Below, piece by piece: positions 12,730 to 26,547 of a stretch of 64,000 nucleotides of DNA. The notes below the pieces were generated by a model. The model made no database searches, had not been told where the DNA came from, and saw only the letters and a program-made list of their open reading frames with translations. The stretch covers positions 29,136,858 through 29,200,857 of the forward strand of contig JARFYF010000036.1 of NCBI GenBank assembly GCA_030265395.1. Reading direction: 5' to 3'. Position numbers and translations under genes: made by a program. The stretch's first letter is position 1. Every line of letters starts with the position of its first letter. The stretch is from Rhina ancylostomus (taxonomy: Eukaryota).

Positions 12730-13204
12730 ACAACAGGTTGCATTTATGTAGCAATTTTAATGATGTAAAATGTCCTAAAGTGTTTTGTAGCATCAAAAAT
12801 TGACATTTCGTTGAATAACTAGAGATTGGTGGTGACTGAAAGCTTGAGGGTGGGTCGTGAAAAAGTGAAGAATGCAGGTTTAGACGGAATTATAATTTGT
12901 GAATTAGATGGCTGGGCTTGCTTCTAGTTTGGAGAAAAGCAGAATAATTTTGGATGTGCTCAGACGGAGGCTGGAAGCTGGCCAGCAGAGCACTGGACAG
13001 TTAGGAATGGGGGCAACAGTAGTGTGGATTGTGATTTCAGCAGCAAATGAGCTAAGGCAGGAACAAAAATGAGGAATATTAACAATAGGGAAGATAGTAA
13101 TATGGAGGCCGATGGAGCAAGAGTTCAACTCAGGATTAAATTCCCAAAATTGCAAGCAACCTCACCAAGAAGTGGGATGAAGTTTGTGACAAGGGAATGG
13201 AGTT
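12730..13204 (-). mobile_element. L2-like LINE 3' fragment, decayed
   Basis: Tail caacaggttgcatttatgtagcaattttaatgatgtaaaatgtcctaaagtg and internal gatttcagcagcaaatgagctaaggcagg resemble the recalled chondrichthyan L2 3' region. Confidence 0.55.
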
Positions 13205-14566
13205 GATTCAATTTCTGTTGTGTGTACAAAATATGGAAGTTGAACTCCATTTCTGAAATTCGGTTTCATTGAAATGGAGTTGAAGGATTTCGATCTCTTA
13301 CAGCTCTTATCATTTGGAAGAAGCACTGAGCATTAGACAAACCCTGAAGGAAACAGGAAATCTGCAAACACTAGTCACACTCCTTACCAAAAGAGCAATT
13401 ACCTAGCTAAAATTTTATCATAATCTTCATCACTGGTTTTGGGTGATTAAATTTGTTTCTCTTTATAGGAACAGAAGACTAGCAGTTTGTCTTTACTCTT
13501 ATCTAATGCAAAGACTAACAAATATATTTTTAATAATAGTTTACGTACCTAACTCTGAGACAAATTTTAGACCTAGTTTTGAAGTGCAGGAACATTTGGG
13601 CATTGTCCTGTTTTAGTAATTAGTTGCACAAAATTGGAGCACTGCAGCAAGCCTAGATATTTAACCAATGTTACCCATCGGGTAGTCATCTGGGATGAGG
13701 TGATGTAAAAATAATTCAGAAATTCTTTTAGAATATCAAACTATCAATTGTTATTTCAACAAAGGATCATTGGTTCCCAGAATTTGGCAGATTTGCTATG
13801 AGATGTGAATTGCCATTCATTCAAGTAAATCATGCATGCTGATTTCTTCAGCTGGCATCAAGAAACAATTGATGTGGACTGAAAAGAAATTACATCATCA
13901 CCTGCATCTATGTATGCATGAATAAGTTGAAGAATGGGGGAGTGTGGTGTGGGTGCTTTCTATAAGATGGCAAAGCAGAGATTCGGGATAGTCTCTATAA
14001 ACCATTTTGCAGCTTATCAGCCCTGGACACTTTCAAGAGCCTATGCAATGGATTGCTCCACTAGGCACAATTTTGAAAAAGTAGAAACTGTCCACGTCAC
14101 TTCCTCTTTTGACCCTGTTGCAGAGAAATCTGGAACGGCAGAGATGATGCAGTACTTAGGATATTTTTCTAAATCTCCATATAAATAGGGTGCGAGCTAA
14201 TCTGTACAGAAAATTTATGAAAAGTATCTCTATAGGTATCCCAAAGAAGTATTTGTTTTTAAAGTGGCAAAAGCACCATAATTCTGCCTGATACAATTTT
14301 GTATCTTGCTGAGCAGAGCTGGCAAGGTCCATGATTCAGTGACATTGCCAATTCTTCTGTGACAGTACGACAGTCCCTGATCTCCTGCCATTTGCTGCAT
14401 CTGTAGGGTTTGCCATCTCACCCTCAAAACAAACAGTCATACAAGGCAAATATATGCCCTTTAGAACCTTGTCATGCTACATATTTAATTTCCTAATTGA
14501 AACACTCCCACAGTCAAATGATGTTGATTTCTTGATAACCCAGTGTGGAAGTGTTCCTCTGCTCTT

Positions 14567-15990
14567 ATAGAATCATAGTTATGGGGTTGTACAGCACAGA
14601 AATAGGTCCTTTTGCCCACTGTGTCAGTGCTGACCTTTTGCCCATCTACACTAATCCCAACTGGCTGCATTAAGACCATGTCCTTCTATGCCATGCCTGT
14701 TCAAGTGTCTGTCAAAATGTCTTTTAAATGTAATGATTGTATCTGATTCCACCTCCACCTCTGGCAGCGAGTTTGAGATATCAACTATGCTGTGTAACGA
14801 GAAAGAAAATTTCCCCTCAAATCCCCTTTAAAACTCCTTCCTCTCTCCTTATAAGTATGCCCGCTTCTTTTAGATTACCCCTGCCATGGGAAAAAGGTTC
14901 TGCCTCTCTACTCTCTCTCTTATATGCTTCTCTCAGGTCACCCCCCCCCCCCCCCCCGCCCCCNNNNNNNNNNNNNNNNNNNNNNNCCCATTTCTAAAGT
15001 CCTTATTCTTTAGCATCCCATGTTGCCACTTGCTGGGAACGATGGACATGAAGCCCAAGGTCCCTTTGTTCATTAACATTCCTTAGCACCCTACTATTTA
15101 CTGTATATGATCCACCCCCATTTGACTCTCCAAGATTCATTACCTTGCACTTATTGAGGATTAAATTCAGTCTGCCCACACTCTGACTAACTTTCCATCT
15201 GATCCAAATCCTTCTGTAACCTTAGACAACCTTGCTAGCCACAACTTTTGTGTCATCATTAAATGTAATGAATCATTCCTCCTACATTTGTATCCAAATC
15301 ACTTGCATATCAAGGGTGCCAGCACTGATTATTGTGGTGCACTACTGATCACAGATTCCCAGTCAGTAAAGTGTCCTGCCACTGCTACCCTCTGCTCTCA
15401 TCACCAAGCCAATTTGAATCCAATTAGCCTTGGATTCCATCTGCCTTGACCTTCCAGATCAGCCTACCAGTGGGATCTTGTCAAATGCCTGATGAAAATC
15501 CATTAAACAAAATCTACCATCCTGCCTTCTTAGTTATCTCCTAAGAAATCTCAATCAAAATCATGAGACAGGATTTCCCCACACAGACATGCTGGCTATC
15601 CCTGATTCACCCTTATCTTTCCAAATCTACATCAATCCTATCCCTTGGAATTTTCTCCAGTAATTTATCCCCTCCTGATGTGAAGCCCACTGGCCTGCAG
15701 TTACCTGCAGTGGAACTGTATTGCACACAGTTACTTGGTTTATCTACTCTGACCTTCTTATAAAAAAAACTATTTTCCAATCCTCTGGCACTTCATCTGT
15801 GTTAATTAAGATGCAAAAATCTCTGCTTTGGCTCCAGCTATCTCCTCCTGTGATTCCCTTAGCAGCCTGGGATAAATCTCATCTGGCCCCGGATATTTAT
15901 TAATCCTTATGTATCCCATGACATCTAATACCTCCTCCTCCTCCTCCTCCTCCTCAATAGTGACCTGCTCAAAATTATCCCTCAACATCC
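14567..15990 (-). mobile_element. CR1 LINE, internally deleted, 3' tail to pre-RT linker
   Basis: Minus ORF 15806-15988 encodes EEVLDVMGYIRINKYPGPDEIYPRLLRESQEEIA (the CR1 KSPGPDxIYPRxL motif). Reverse-strand NCRPVGFTS and AFDKIP motifs are present. The tail begins at 14567 (agaatcatag...acagcacagaaatagg). Confidence 0.9.
15931..15954. repeat. (CCT)8 microsatellite inside CR1 ORF2 relic
   Basis: Eight consecutive cct units, read as poly-Glu on the minus strand. Confidence 0.95.
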
Positions 15991-16716
15991 TTTATGTCTC
16001 TCAATAGGACAATGAAAATGTTGGTTTGTTTCAAAAATGTGAGCCTTGAAATAATGTCTTTTAGATTCTTGCTCATAAATGGTTAATGTATTTGTGGGAA
16101 ACCTGCTCTCCATAGTTTTACTTGGAACAATTTTGTGACAATTATTTTTTCTTCTTAACAGCTTTTGGTTCTTTGAAGCTCAAGTATGACTGATGTGCTC
16201 AAGTCTTGAATACCTATCTGAGGAAGCTTATATAATGAGCCTAGACCTTATCATTTGATTGGTGATCAAATAATAGATCATCACCTACCTCTCTCTATTG
16301 TAACTGAAGGCTTTTATTACTTTATTATTTATTAATACGATTTTTTGGTGGTACTCTGAATTTTCCTGTCATTGCTTCAGAGCTACAAATGTCATATCTT
16401 CCATTTTCTTGCCCCTATGATGTTAAATCAATAACTCTTGTATTTTCTCATAGTAAGATTCTTTCCCAAAGCTTCCAAACATCTATTATGTACAGTCCTT
16501 TTAAAGCTTTTTGTTACTTTAATTAAACAGTTGTCTCCATTTGTCATGGTGCCCAGTGACTCAACCCTTCAGCTTTTTTTCTTTTTGTAGGGCGACACTG
16601 AAGTTTACAGCAGAGTACCAGGCTTTTGGTCCAACAGAAGTGATAGTTTTCCTCTATATGAGTCTTTCCTTAACCAGCTTTATCTCATCATATCAAGACG
16701 TACTTTAATGGGTTTA

Positions 16717-16835
16717 AAAGAAAGACCTAAATTTATATGGAGCCTTTCGCCACCTTTTCAGGATTAACCAAGGCCTTCAATTAAATACAATTGCATTGTA
16801 GGAAGTGCAGCCAGCAATTTTCACACTATAAACCA
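16717..16835 (-). mobile_element. DeuSINE (SacSINE1-like) 3' fragment
   Basis: aagaaagacctaaatttatatggagcctttc...caggat...tgtaggaagtgcagccagcaattttcacac resembles the reverse-complemented tail of the recalled family. Confidence 0.5.
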
Positions 16836-18499
16836 CCTTTTTTTTAAATAAACTGGAATTTAGCTAATGGGACAAATCTTTTGCCACAATCAGCAATGGA
16901 TTTACTGGCAGTTATACCCAGAACGGGCGATTCCCTAGTGAAAACCTTAATGATCCTCAGTGAGTCCAAAGGAGCAGGGCAAATTTCTGCCCCATCTCTC
17001 AGATGGAAAATCTACCCAAAGGATCACTGAAACAAATGAGAGAAAGATAAGTTTTTATTTGATTGTATTATTACATGAACTGTTTTAATTGCTTTTAACA
17101 TGTATCCACTTTCTATTTTTGTTTCAAATAGGTTTTGCTGATTTTTTTTTAAAAAAACATTTTAAAATTTTGAGTCCTGAGTGATTTACAAGTTCAATTT
17201 AAATGATGTTTGGCAGCTGATGAGTCGGGAGAGGGAGGGAGGTGCAGCTTTATTACTGTCAGCACCATCTTTGTCACTGCAGTCGGCCACCTGCATCAGG
17301 AGAGCCTCTGCTCTGCATTGTGCCTTGCCCACGTGCTGGGAGCTGGACTCGAATTTGAAGCCGACACCTGGAGCCAAGCTGGAGAAAGAGTGTCTCTAGT
17401 CTCAGACAAATGGCCACATCAGGGCCTTGGGAAAAGCTGCCCAGCATCACTAAAAGAGACTGGACTGTGGAATGAAAACACTTTTCAGGATACCTCTCTT
17501 CAAGATAATGCATTTTTTTTACACTATGTCAGATCACAAATGTGGCTTTTGTTTAACAACACGTCCAAACTGTTCCTCTTCTTACTGCACTTGAATGTCA
17601 ACCTCAAATTCCTCTTCCTGCGGTGTGATTTGAATTCTCCACCCTCTTTAGATAGAGTGCCAGAAACTGAGCAGCATTCAATACTCTCCCTCGTGTGTCT
17701 AATTTAAAGAATTCAATAGGGATACAATAATGTATGTTTGTAACTAATAAGGAACAATGATCATATTTATTATATAGCAGCTAATGAATATCATCTGAAC
17801 ACTCCAGTTGCTCTCATTACTGGTTGCAACAGCTCATTGAATGTTACTTTAAGCAGCTACCTATTCAGTTGGACACTTTCTATTCAGCTTGTCCTCTACA
17901 TAAAGTTTCATGAATCAGCTAAGTGAACTATAGCCAGTAGCTCAAATAAATATCGGAATCAATTGGTCATCAAAGCTGTCCTCCCAATTGTACCATCTAT
18001 TCTCTATTAATCAGATGTGTAATCAGCTGATTAGCTTCTCCTTTCACAGCATTTTACAGGTCAGCCCACACTTTTCCTGATCTGGGCCAGGAACATGACT
18101 GAGTATTTTAGTGGCTGGTACAAAATGTTATTGAATAGCTGCTCACCTGTGACCAATGGCTTAAACAATTGATTAGTAATGTATAAAACAACTGGGTTCA
18201 TCAATGGAGAATAAGCACCAATCTAAGATGAGATTTCACATTTTAGTGATTGGCTATAAAACCTTATCCTCAGCACTGAGCAATTGTTGCCTCCTATTTC
18301 TCAGTGGTGCTTTAAACAGCTGAGCAGCTTTCTGCTGAACAGCCCTGCTTTGGGACTCAAAGAAAATGAAGGCTCAGTGGTAAGTTGAGCATCATTAGTA
18401 ACGTTAACAAGGCTTGAGACTGCAAGTGAAGAATAAGTAATTGAATAAACAGCCTCTTGCAGTAATTTTCAGCAACTGGAGGGCCAAAGAGGGACTGGA

Positions 18500-19440
18500 T
18501 CTTTTCATTTATTCTTGGGGTGTGGGCAGCACTCTCATTTATTATCAATATCAGGTTATTCCTTCTACAGTGGTGTGCCTTCTTCATGAATCTTTGCGGT
18601 CTTGTCTTGTGGTGACGGTGCACTTGTTGTGATGTGGGAATGACAGTCCATAATATGGAATAAGCAGTAAAAAAAGGAGTAGCAACATGGATCAAATTCA
18701 GGATATTGTTTGATTTGGATGACAATTTGATGAGGTGTTTCTACAATTCCGGCTCCATTCAAGAGATCAGGTCGCATGCTGAAACAACACAAGGTCTCCA
18801 TTTGTTGTGGGAAGATTCAAGATACCCAAATATACAAGTAACCATCTTTTATTACTGTAGTTGTCGTCATCAGGTGGCCTTCTGCACACTCGATGGTGCT
18901 ATTTCATGTCCAGTAGTATATTTAATATTAGTGCAATGATATACATGGGGTCCTGGTGTCCTGAAATTACCATAGTTCCCAAAGAATTTCTGCTCTTGTC
19001 CACTTTGTGAATACAAGTATTGTGGGAAGGAAGTTCACCAGAAATGGCGTTGATGAATTATTGCAGTATATTGTAGTATATTTTACAGCTACAGTTCACA
19101 AGTTCTACAGGGAGTATGTATTGAATCTCGTGATGGGGATGTCAAACAAGTGAATGTGTCTGCCTGGATGCTTTTGAGCTTCTTGGCTGCTACTGTAGTT
19201 GCATCTTTTAACCACCCATTTGAATATTATTAACATGGCCTTTTTAGGTAGAGCATAGACTTCTGAAGAAAGATGAATTAAGTTATACATCGAAGGATTT
19301 CCTGCTTCCCTAGCCACAGACTTTTATAGTTGGTCCAGTTCAACCTCTGGTCAATGAAGACTGCTGAGGTATTAATAGTGGGATTCTGAGTGGTGGAGAT
19401 GGTTGGGATTTCTCTCTCTTGATATGATCAATCCCTCACG
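18500..19440 (-). mobile_element. Decayed CR1/L2-group LINE (same family as 32232-32720)
   Basis: Tail ttcatttattcttggggtgtgggcagcact...gtggtgtgccttctt, plus internal tagccacagacttttatagttggtccagttcaacctctggtcaatg (reverse of an IDQxLNWT-type RT segment). Confidence 0.6.
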
Positions 19441-22400
19441 TATACTGCCAAGAAGGATTCTGGGACATCTCGTGTTTTCATTTTATGAAGATTTCCAAAC
19501 AATAGTCCAGATGTGCAGTAGCAAAAGTGAGATTGTCAGTGCAATACATTTTGGTAACAAAATACCAATACAAGCAGCTTCTACTGTAACATTATTTCAA
19601 AGACTTACATTCACTTTTCCAACATATTTGATTGTATTGTTATTGTTAAATTTAATGTATGGCATAATGTTTTGCTGCTGAAGTGTTTCTATGTTCATTT
19701 CAGTCATAAAGAATAATTCCATTAGTTGAACTCATGCTCATCCTGATTTGAGTTTTGTTGTGACTTGGAAAGGGATAAGCAAGTGCCTGGTCAGTTCCAG
19801 GCATGAGTGAATAGATTACTTGCCTTTCTCTCAAAGATTGTTTCAAGCAATGTGTAATATCCTTCATATAATGCACAGCAGATGAATTGGGTGTAAAGTT
19901 ACTGGTGGTTTCTAGTGATAAGGCAAGAAAGAGAAATTTAATGGCAACATTTAAAGCAATGCATACTGATCATATTGAAAGAAATAAAGTGGCAATTGGA
20001 GCAAGAGTATGAAATGTATTGCACCTGAGATCCATTGAAGTTGTTTCAATCTGCACAAAAGCAGCACAGTATTGATGTTAGTTGTGCCTGAGGTTTAAAG
20101 CTGCAATGTAACATAGATGAAGAATTGTACCTGTTTAAAAATTTCCTTTTCTCTGAATTTCAGTCTGCTCACATCCGAGGAAGATCTTCACTCTTCTTCT
20201 GAGCGATCCTTCCAATCAATGAATCACAAACAAAGTCACTTAACACAGTACAAGAACGTTTAATGCTGAGACAGTTTTCAAAAACAATTCTTAAGTCCAT
20301 GTGTTTAATAGAAGAGACTTGAGCAATAGCCGAGTAATAGGGGTTTCAGTTCAAAAGTGTAGTCTACTGAGAAGTCATGAGAAATTATTGTGATTTGAGA
20401 ATTAAAATTTAAATTGATCTACCTCCAGTTTAAGCTAGGGTTAATATCTTTGTTTTACTTCAATGTTTCATTGGTTTAGATTACATTTGTTGTTCATTTG
20501 TCTTTTGTCTCTGTACATTTGTGTCTACCAGTGCTTGATGGTCTGCACAGTGTTCAAGTGAGTACTGGTGTACTAAGCTGTAATTACCGCTTGACAAACT
20601 CTCTGACTGTAACCAACTAATTTTATATATAGGGATTGTACTTCACTTGGATAATTCTTGCTGAATGTAATGGGGTAGAAATCCATTCTCAGTTGTATGT
20701 GCTTGAAACCAGCAGAATTAAATTTTGAGAGCAGAACACGACACTCATAGCTGTAATTACACATTTCAAAGACATAGCTAAGGATAAGTTTTTACTGCAA
20801 TAGATTGTATTTTTTTATATTTTAAATGTTTATTTATGATACTTCAGATTCTGCCTTAATTATATTTCTACTTTTCTCTCTTTCATTAGTTAAAAAAGTA
20901 TACTTCACTCTCCTAATTTGCAGTCTGTGAGAATTCCTCACTGTGATTGGCTGCACAGTCAGTTTGATAGTATTAATGTTGGTGGTTGCCAGGGATCTCC
21001 ATGTTTGATGCCTGTCCACATCAGAAAAGGGTGAGCCTGTGCCACAGAGATGACTAAAGGTCAGCAATGATCAGCATTTTGTCATTGATTGCAAAATCCA
21101 GGCCAACCAGCATTTAACATGGCCAAATTTAAACCATGTGTCCATGGGATGACATTGAATATATCTGACAGAGAGGGATATTTGCTGGTCAAGCTTCAAT
21201 TTCTATTAGCTTCATGGTTGTCCTAATTTTTGCCTTGTCTTGCAGTCTGATGGAGAGAGGGAAAAAGTCTCTGTGATCTTTAATGTAGCAGCATTCCACC
21301 AGAAAGGAGTACTTTAATAGGTAGTAACAATGGACTTTTCAACACAATTCTGAAATAGTTGGGTCCATAACACAAGAAGAAACTAAGCGTGGATCCTTAA
21401 TGTACACTTTATGGCAGATATCCTTTCAAGATGAGGATATGTTTTGACCCGTTGTACATTTGAAGTCTCTGGATTATTTCTTGGAGTTATTGTGTTTGAT
21501 TTATAATGAAAGGGCTTGGCTGCTGATATGGCAGCTAGCTCATTTCTAATCAAAGGAGCCGCAGGCACTTAGGTTCATTATAATTTTACAAAAAAGTCTG
21601 TATTCTATACACTGATGTATTGTGCATATATACACAGTACTGAATGTTATATTCCTTGATACCTATGAATCACACCTTGCATCTATAGTTTTCTGAAGTA
21701 TGATAAGGTTACACATTTACTTAAATGATGCGACTTTTAAGTTTTTAAGCTGAAATGATACCATTTAAAAAAGGTTGTACTACAGAGAGTCAACCAGAAT
21801 ATTGGAATTGGATTCAGTGCTGTCACTATTTCGTATTATCATGTTTATCAAGAAACCTTACTGAAAATGTGCTGCAAAAGTACTTGTGTATGAAAAAAAT
21901 CTATTTTTAATTATTGATAAGACAATCTTAGGACTGCTGTATTTGAAGTTACAAGAGCATCACGTTATTTTACTAATACAATTATTTATATTTTTTCAAT
22001 CAAACATTTCCAAGAAATTCTATTTGGGGTGTTAAAATATTCAAGTTGATTGGCACAGTGTTAACATGTTCAGCCAATACCATGATGAGATGTGTTTGTT
22101 TGCACGGTATGGGTAATCTTCATCTTGCATTTCCCGGAACTCCAGATGATTGCTAAATTTAAAAAAAATTACAATTCAGTTTGGCTTCCCACATTCAAGG
22201 ATGATTGTATTTGAATGTGGGGCATGCTTCAATATGAATATTATACAATATGAATACCAATATGATGGCAGTTAGGTTTTCAGGTTGAATGAACAGATAA
22301 CATCATTTCTGATCCTCCAGTATCACATTAATGCTGCTTTTATATTTATGGACACGTAAAACCAAAACATAAATGCTGAATGTTTAGATTTAGAAATGTT

Positions 22401-22679
22401 CAATTATTTATTGTATTTTACAAGTCAAGCAAGTGCAATGTGTGATGTAAACAGCTCTTCCTTCTGGATAATATGAAAATATGTAGCATTAATGCAAGAT
22501 TCTGGCAATTCTACTGTTACTTTCAAAATTCAATTTCTACTTTAATTGAAGGGACTTGTTCATGACCGCAACAAACTGCTATGAATGCATGTATATTGGT
22601 TTTAAGCAAGTTGCCATCAACACAGAAGCAATGCTTAACAAATACAACATTCACAGTCTGTTCCTCAAAATCTCAGAGT

Positions 22680-23050
22680 GACTCTTTTCATCCTGCTGTG
22701 GTCTGGTGAGGACAACTTCTCTTCTGCGAGCCTTCACGCTCACTGTCTCTTTCAGACTCCTTACTTCTATGAGATTTTTATCTTTTATCTTTCATGATAA
22801 CTACTTGTCTCCTGAACTATCTTTTCCCTTCACTCAACAGTACACCTTTGTTTTATTCATTATCTACTCTGTCCTTTCTTTCTCAGACTTGGTTACTTCA
22901 AATGTAGGCTTTTCACATAACCTGCCTCAGACTTTGTCGCAAATATCCTTCCTCCAGTGGTCAGATTTTAATTCCCTCGTTGACTCTTTATTCACCTTTT
23001 GATGTCCTGTTCTCAATGCATTCTCTGACTGCACAGTGTAGAGGTTGGGC
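22680..23050 (+). mobile_element. Possible very old L2-like LINE internal fragment
   Basis: Strongly pyrimidine-rich stretch typical of the L2 sense strand. No diagnostic motif was recoverable by eye. Confidence 0.25.
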
Positions 23051-23212
23051 ACAGTGTATACATTCCTACTTGAACCTTTTTTTCTTCATTTACCAGAGTT
23101 TTTGGACTTAATTGACCTTCACACTCTGCAACCCTGATGGGGCTGAAGTATTTAAATGTTTGGATTACCTTGCAGACACCTGGATCATCCGTCTGGAGAT
23201 ATGAATTTGGAA

Positions 23213-23418
23213 CCCAGCTGAGGAATTTTAAAGAAATGAAAGAAACCTAGAGCTGAAAAGCTCATGTCGATAGCTGTGATCATGAAACAGCTGCACTGTA
23301 TCTAGTTTATTGCTGCACTTCAGGGAAGGAATCTATTAGCTTATATATAACTCCCAACCCACTAGTCTGGTTGACTTATAACTGCCTCCGCCATTTGCGT
23401 CATGAATGAATAAAAAAT
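23213..23418 (+). mobile_element. MetaSINE-like tRNA-derived SINE relic
   Basis: cttcagggaaggaatct...tatataactcccaacccactagtctggttgacttataactgcc matches the recalled Meta-domain core. The tail catgaatgaataaaaaa is shared with the LINE at 32232-32720. Confidence 0.5.
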
Positions 23419-25269
23419 TTTTTGACATTTGAGCTGTATGTTTCTTCCTGAATTGTATGTTGTCCCTCCATACTTCATTGCTTCCCTTCAATTTGACGAT
23501 CCTACAGATCTGTCAACCTAGACATCTCATGACCATAAAGCAAAATCAAATTCCAGTAACCAAAAGGATGAAAACAACTCCTCTCCAGGAGTCTCACTGC
23601 TCATGGTGCTTTTACCACTCTCTTTTCTAGTTCCTCAAACACTGGACATTTGCTATCAAGTTCTGGATAAGTTGTAGTATCCATTGAAATCAGTGCTATT
23701 GACTTAAATTCCTGATGCAATTATACTCTCATCATTGATTCTGACCATTTTTCCCCAATGCTGTCATAGGTTTAGTATTCAAAATAGAGTTACTTTTACT
23801 TTTGTTGAATTGTTCATCCTAGTTATGGCTTAGCCCATTTTTGTCAAAACATTTTTGTTTACACTGAGCTGGAGTATAAAATGGTCCCAGGAAAGAAAGG
23901 AGCATTTATCAGGACTGAGATCCTTCATCCAGTTGGAGAAATCCTGCGCCAAAAGAATTCAAGAAAAGAGAAAAAGTTGGAGTTATACCTTTCACTAAAA
24001 CAAAATATTTCTATTTTTCATCATGCAATTTAGTCAATGTACCCTTGGACTGAATCAGTGTGACCATATCAATAAAGGTTTGCTTATCGTGGCTCAAAAC
24101 AAAAACCAGATTCACACAAATTTAGTCTGCAATTGAATACATTAGGATTGTCAGTAACATTGCAGAGGCAGGACAGATCTTGCCCAGAAATTTAAATCCC
24201 ATTGCATGAGCAGGACTAATTTGTGGATGCTTCTTAAAACAAAAACAAATCTGATGGTTGGCCTCAAAATTTTGAACAGGACGAAAACTTAAATTCCATC
24301 TCATGGTTGGTCACTCCAGTCTTCCCCAAGCAATCCTTGTATAGAAATTTATAGATTTGCAGAAGAACTGGCAAATTCATTTCCAGCACCATCCATTACA
24401 GTCTTGTAAAGTGAAATTTTCAATTTACTGTGAATTAGTGGTGAACTATGCCCAGTTTTGTACCAAGAATTCAAGCCTACCAAGCATTCATTGAGATTGT
24501 CCAAGTTGATTTAACTCAAAATTTTTACAGCTGATCAGAGGGTCAGGGTTGGGTTTGTAATCCAGATTCAAACATGTTGAGTTCTGAATTTTTTTATATA
24601 TTGATGGAACTAGCTGTCGGCTCCTTGTCTGCATGCTCAATATTTGACAGGGTAGGAGGTTTCTTCCCTGTCCTAAATATTGCTCATTTCCTGCACCTTT
24701 TCCAGAGCCACACCCAGGTCATTTACACTACACAAGGTAACCCTCACAGAGGACATGGACACCTTCAATCTTCACTAAACCCACCTCCCTCAAGTGTATA
24801 AGCTTTTAGAAGCGCCTGGATTCAGATTCTCTATCTGTCAACTGGCAATGCAAAACCTCCACTCACCAAATCAAAATGCAGGGGAACATACTAATTCAGA
24901 ACTATTTGAACCTGCAGATATCAACCAAAAGCAGTAAAACTTCATTTCATGACCCTGATATCAGGGCTGTAAATCACAACCAACCAAAGTGGTGACAGGA
25001 CTGAGTCCATCATTATCATTATAAAAGCTGGTGTGTTTTTCATGAATATCTTGAACACTACTGCAGCAGTGGGAGAACCAAAATCTAATTTGTGCCACCA
25101 GCATGAAGTACAGGAAAAGAGGAATAAGATGGTCTGAGAATTGGGAATGATACATAGCACTGGAGTAAGGAATAGTACATCATCAACAGTTGTGTGCTGC
25201 TGTATTCCTGATAAGGAGGAGAAAGGTTGTCTATAAGTAATTGTCAACCTCTGCATATGAAATACATCC

Positions 25270-26208
25270 TTGGTTGCTGAGAAAAGAGGTGGGGAGGAGA
25301 CAAAGTACTGGAGACTGCAGGAGTAGAAATTGCAGAAGTGCAATACGGTCTTGGTGGCAATGGACTGGAGAACACAATTGTTATACCCTTGTTCAGAAAG
25401 GTAACTACACCTCTGAAATTGTGGTAAATAATGAGGAGAAAAGTAGTTGCCCTCAAGGGGATATGTCCTGGAATGGGTAAACATGGCAGATCTAATGCAG
25501 TAAAGTGTGAAGTGAGATCTTTTGACAGGAAGTTCAAGAAAAGACAATATAGATTAAAATATAAAATGGGTAGGGGTTAGGAACAGAGTGACCCAGGGAT
25601 ATATGTGCCTAATTTCTTAGGTGACAAGGGCAGGTTGTAAAAGTGGTTAACAAAGCACGTGGGACCCTGAGCTTCAATAACAGAGGCACAGAAGACCAAA
25701 AAACTGGGAGGTTATGCTGAATCTTTTTAAAGCAATGGTTAAGTATCAATTAGAGTGTTGCACTGATTCTGCTCATTGTACCTTAAAAGGATGTGATAGC
25801 CCTTGGCGTGAAAATTTTTTCTAGAATGGTTTCAGGAATGAGGAATCAGCAATGTGGATAGTCACAAGAACCTAAAGTTGTTCTCCTTCAACGAGGAAGG
25901 GTGAGAGGAGATTTGATAGTGGAATATAAAATCATAGGTTTAGTTGGGATAAACATTAGCAGAGGGATCAAGAACCAGAGGACGTGGATTTAAAGTGATT
26001 GGCTAAAACTTCAGGGTGAAGAAGAAAAAAATTATGTAGCACATAGTTATGATCTGGAATGGTAAGTGGCAGATTCCTTCGTGGCTACAAATGGAGATAA
26101 ATATGTGAAGTGCAATAGGGAAAGAACAAGGGAATGGGATTGGCTAGAGTGCTCCACAAAGAGGCAGCACAGATTTGATTGGCTGAATTGCCACATTCTC
26201 TGATTCTA
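25270..26208 (+). mobile_element. CR1 LINE, internally deleted, decayed
   Basis: Contains gtagaaattgcagaag (VEIAE), gactggagaac..gttatacccttgttcagaaag (DWRxxxVIPLFRK), aagtgtgaagtg (KCEV), gaacagagtgacccaggg and agaggagatttgata (RGDLI). Ends in the tail ggctgaattgccacattctctgattcta. Confidence 0.8.
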
Positions 26209-26224
26209 AGGGACCATTCATTTG

Positions 26225-26435
26225 TAGGTCAACTTAGTGACTTGTGCACCATTTTAGAGGATAGTTTAAGAGATGACCATATTACCATAGATCTGGAATC
26301 GCACTAAGAGGAAAACAGATTTCCCTCTCTGAAGAATATATGTAGGTTTTTATACCATCACGGATACCACTCTACTCCAGTTAAACTCCTCAGCTGTCAG
26401 AGTGAGATTTGAACATACATCTCTGCATCATTCTA
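26225..26435 (-). mobile_element. MetaSINE-like relic
   Basis: caacttagtgacttgtgcaccattttagaggatagtttaagagatgacca...gatctggaatcgcac...cagatttccctctctgaag is the reverse complement of the 23213/34368 family. gagatttgaac is a B-box-like head. Confidence 0.45.
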
Positions 26436-26547
26436 TTTCTAGCCTCATGATTTGGCCACAGCCTTATGTGATAGGGTAGTGGCAGAAACACTGGAAGCAA
26501 CAGCAGAGTTTCATCACTTTATGGCTGTGTCCTTGCAATCTCAAAGT

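Noticed and set aside
20164-20263. Good acceptor followed by LLTSEEDLHSSSERSFQSMNHKQSHLTQYKNV*
   Set aside because: No recognisable protein and no supporting upstream exon. Such acceptors are common by chance (similar cases at 16591 and 21246).
24942-25547. 201-aa minus-strand ORF
   Set aside because: Overlaps a decayed CR1 in antisense, has no recognisable domain, and starts at a non-ATG codon.
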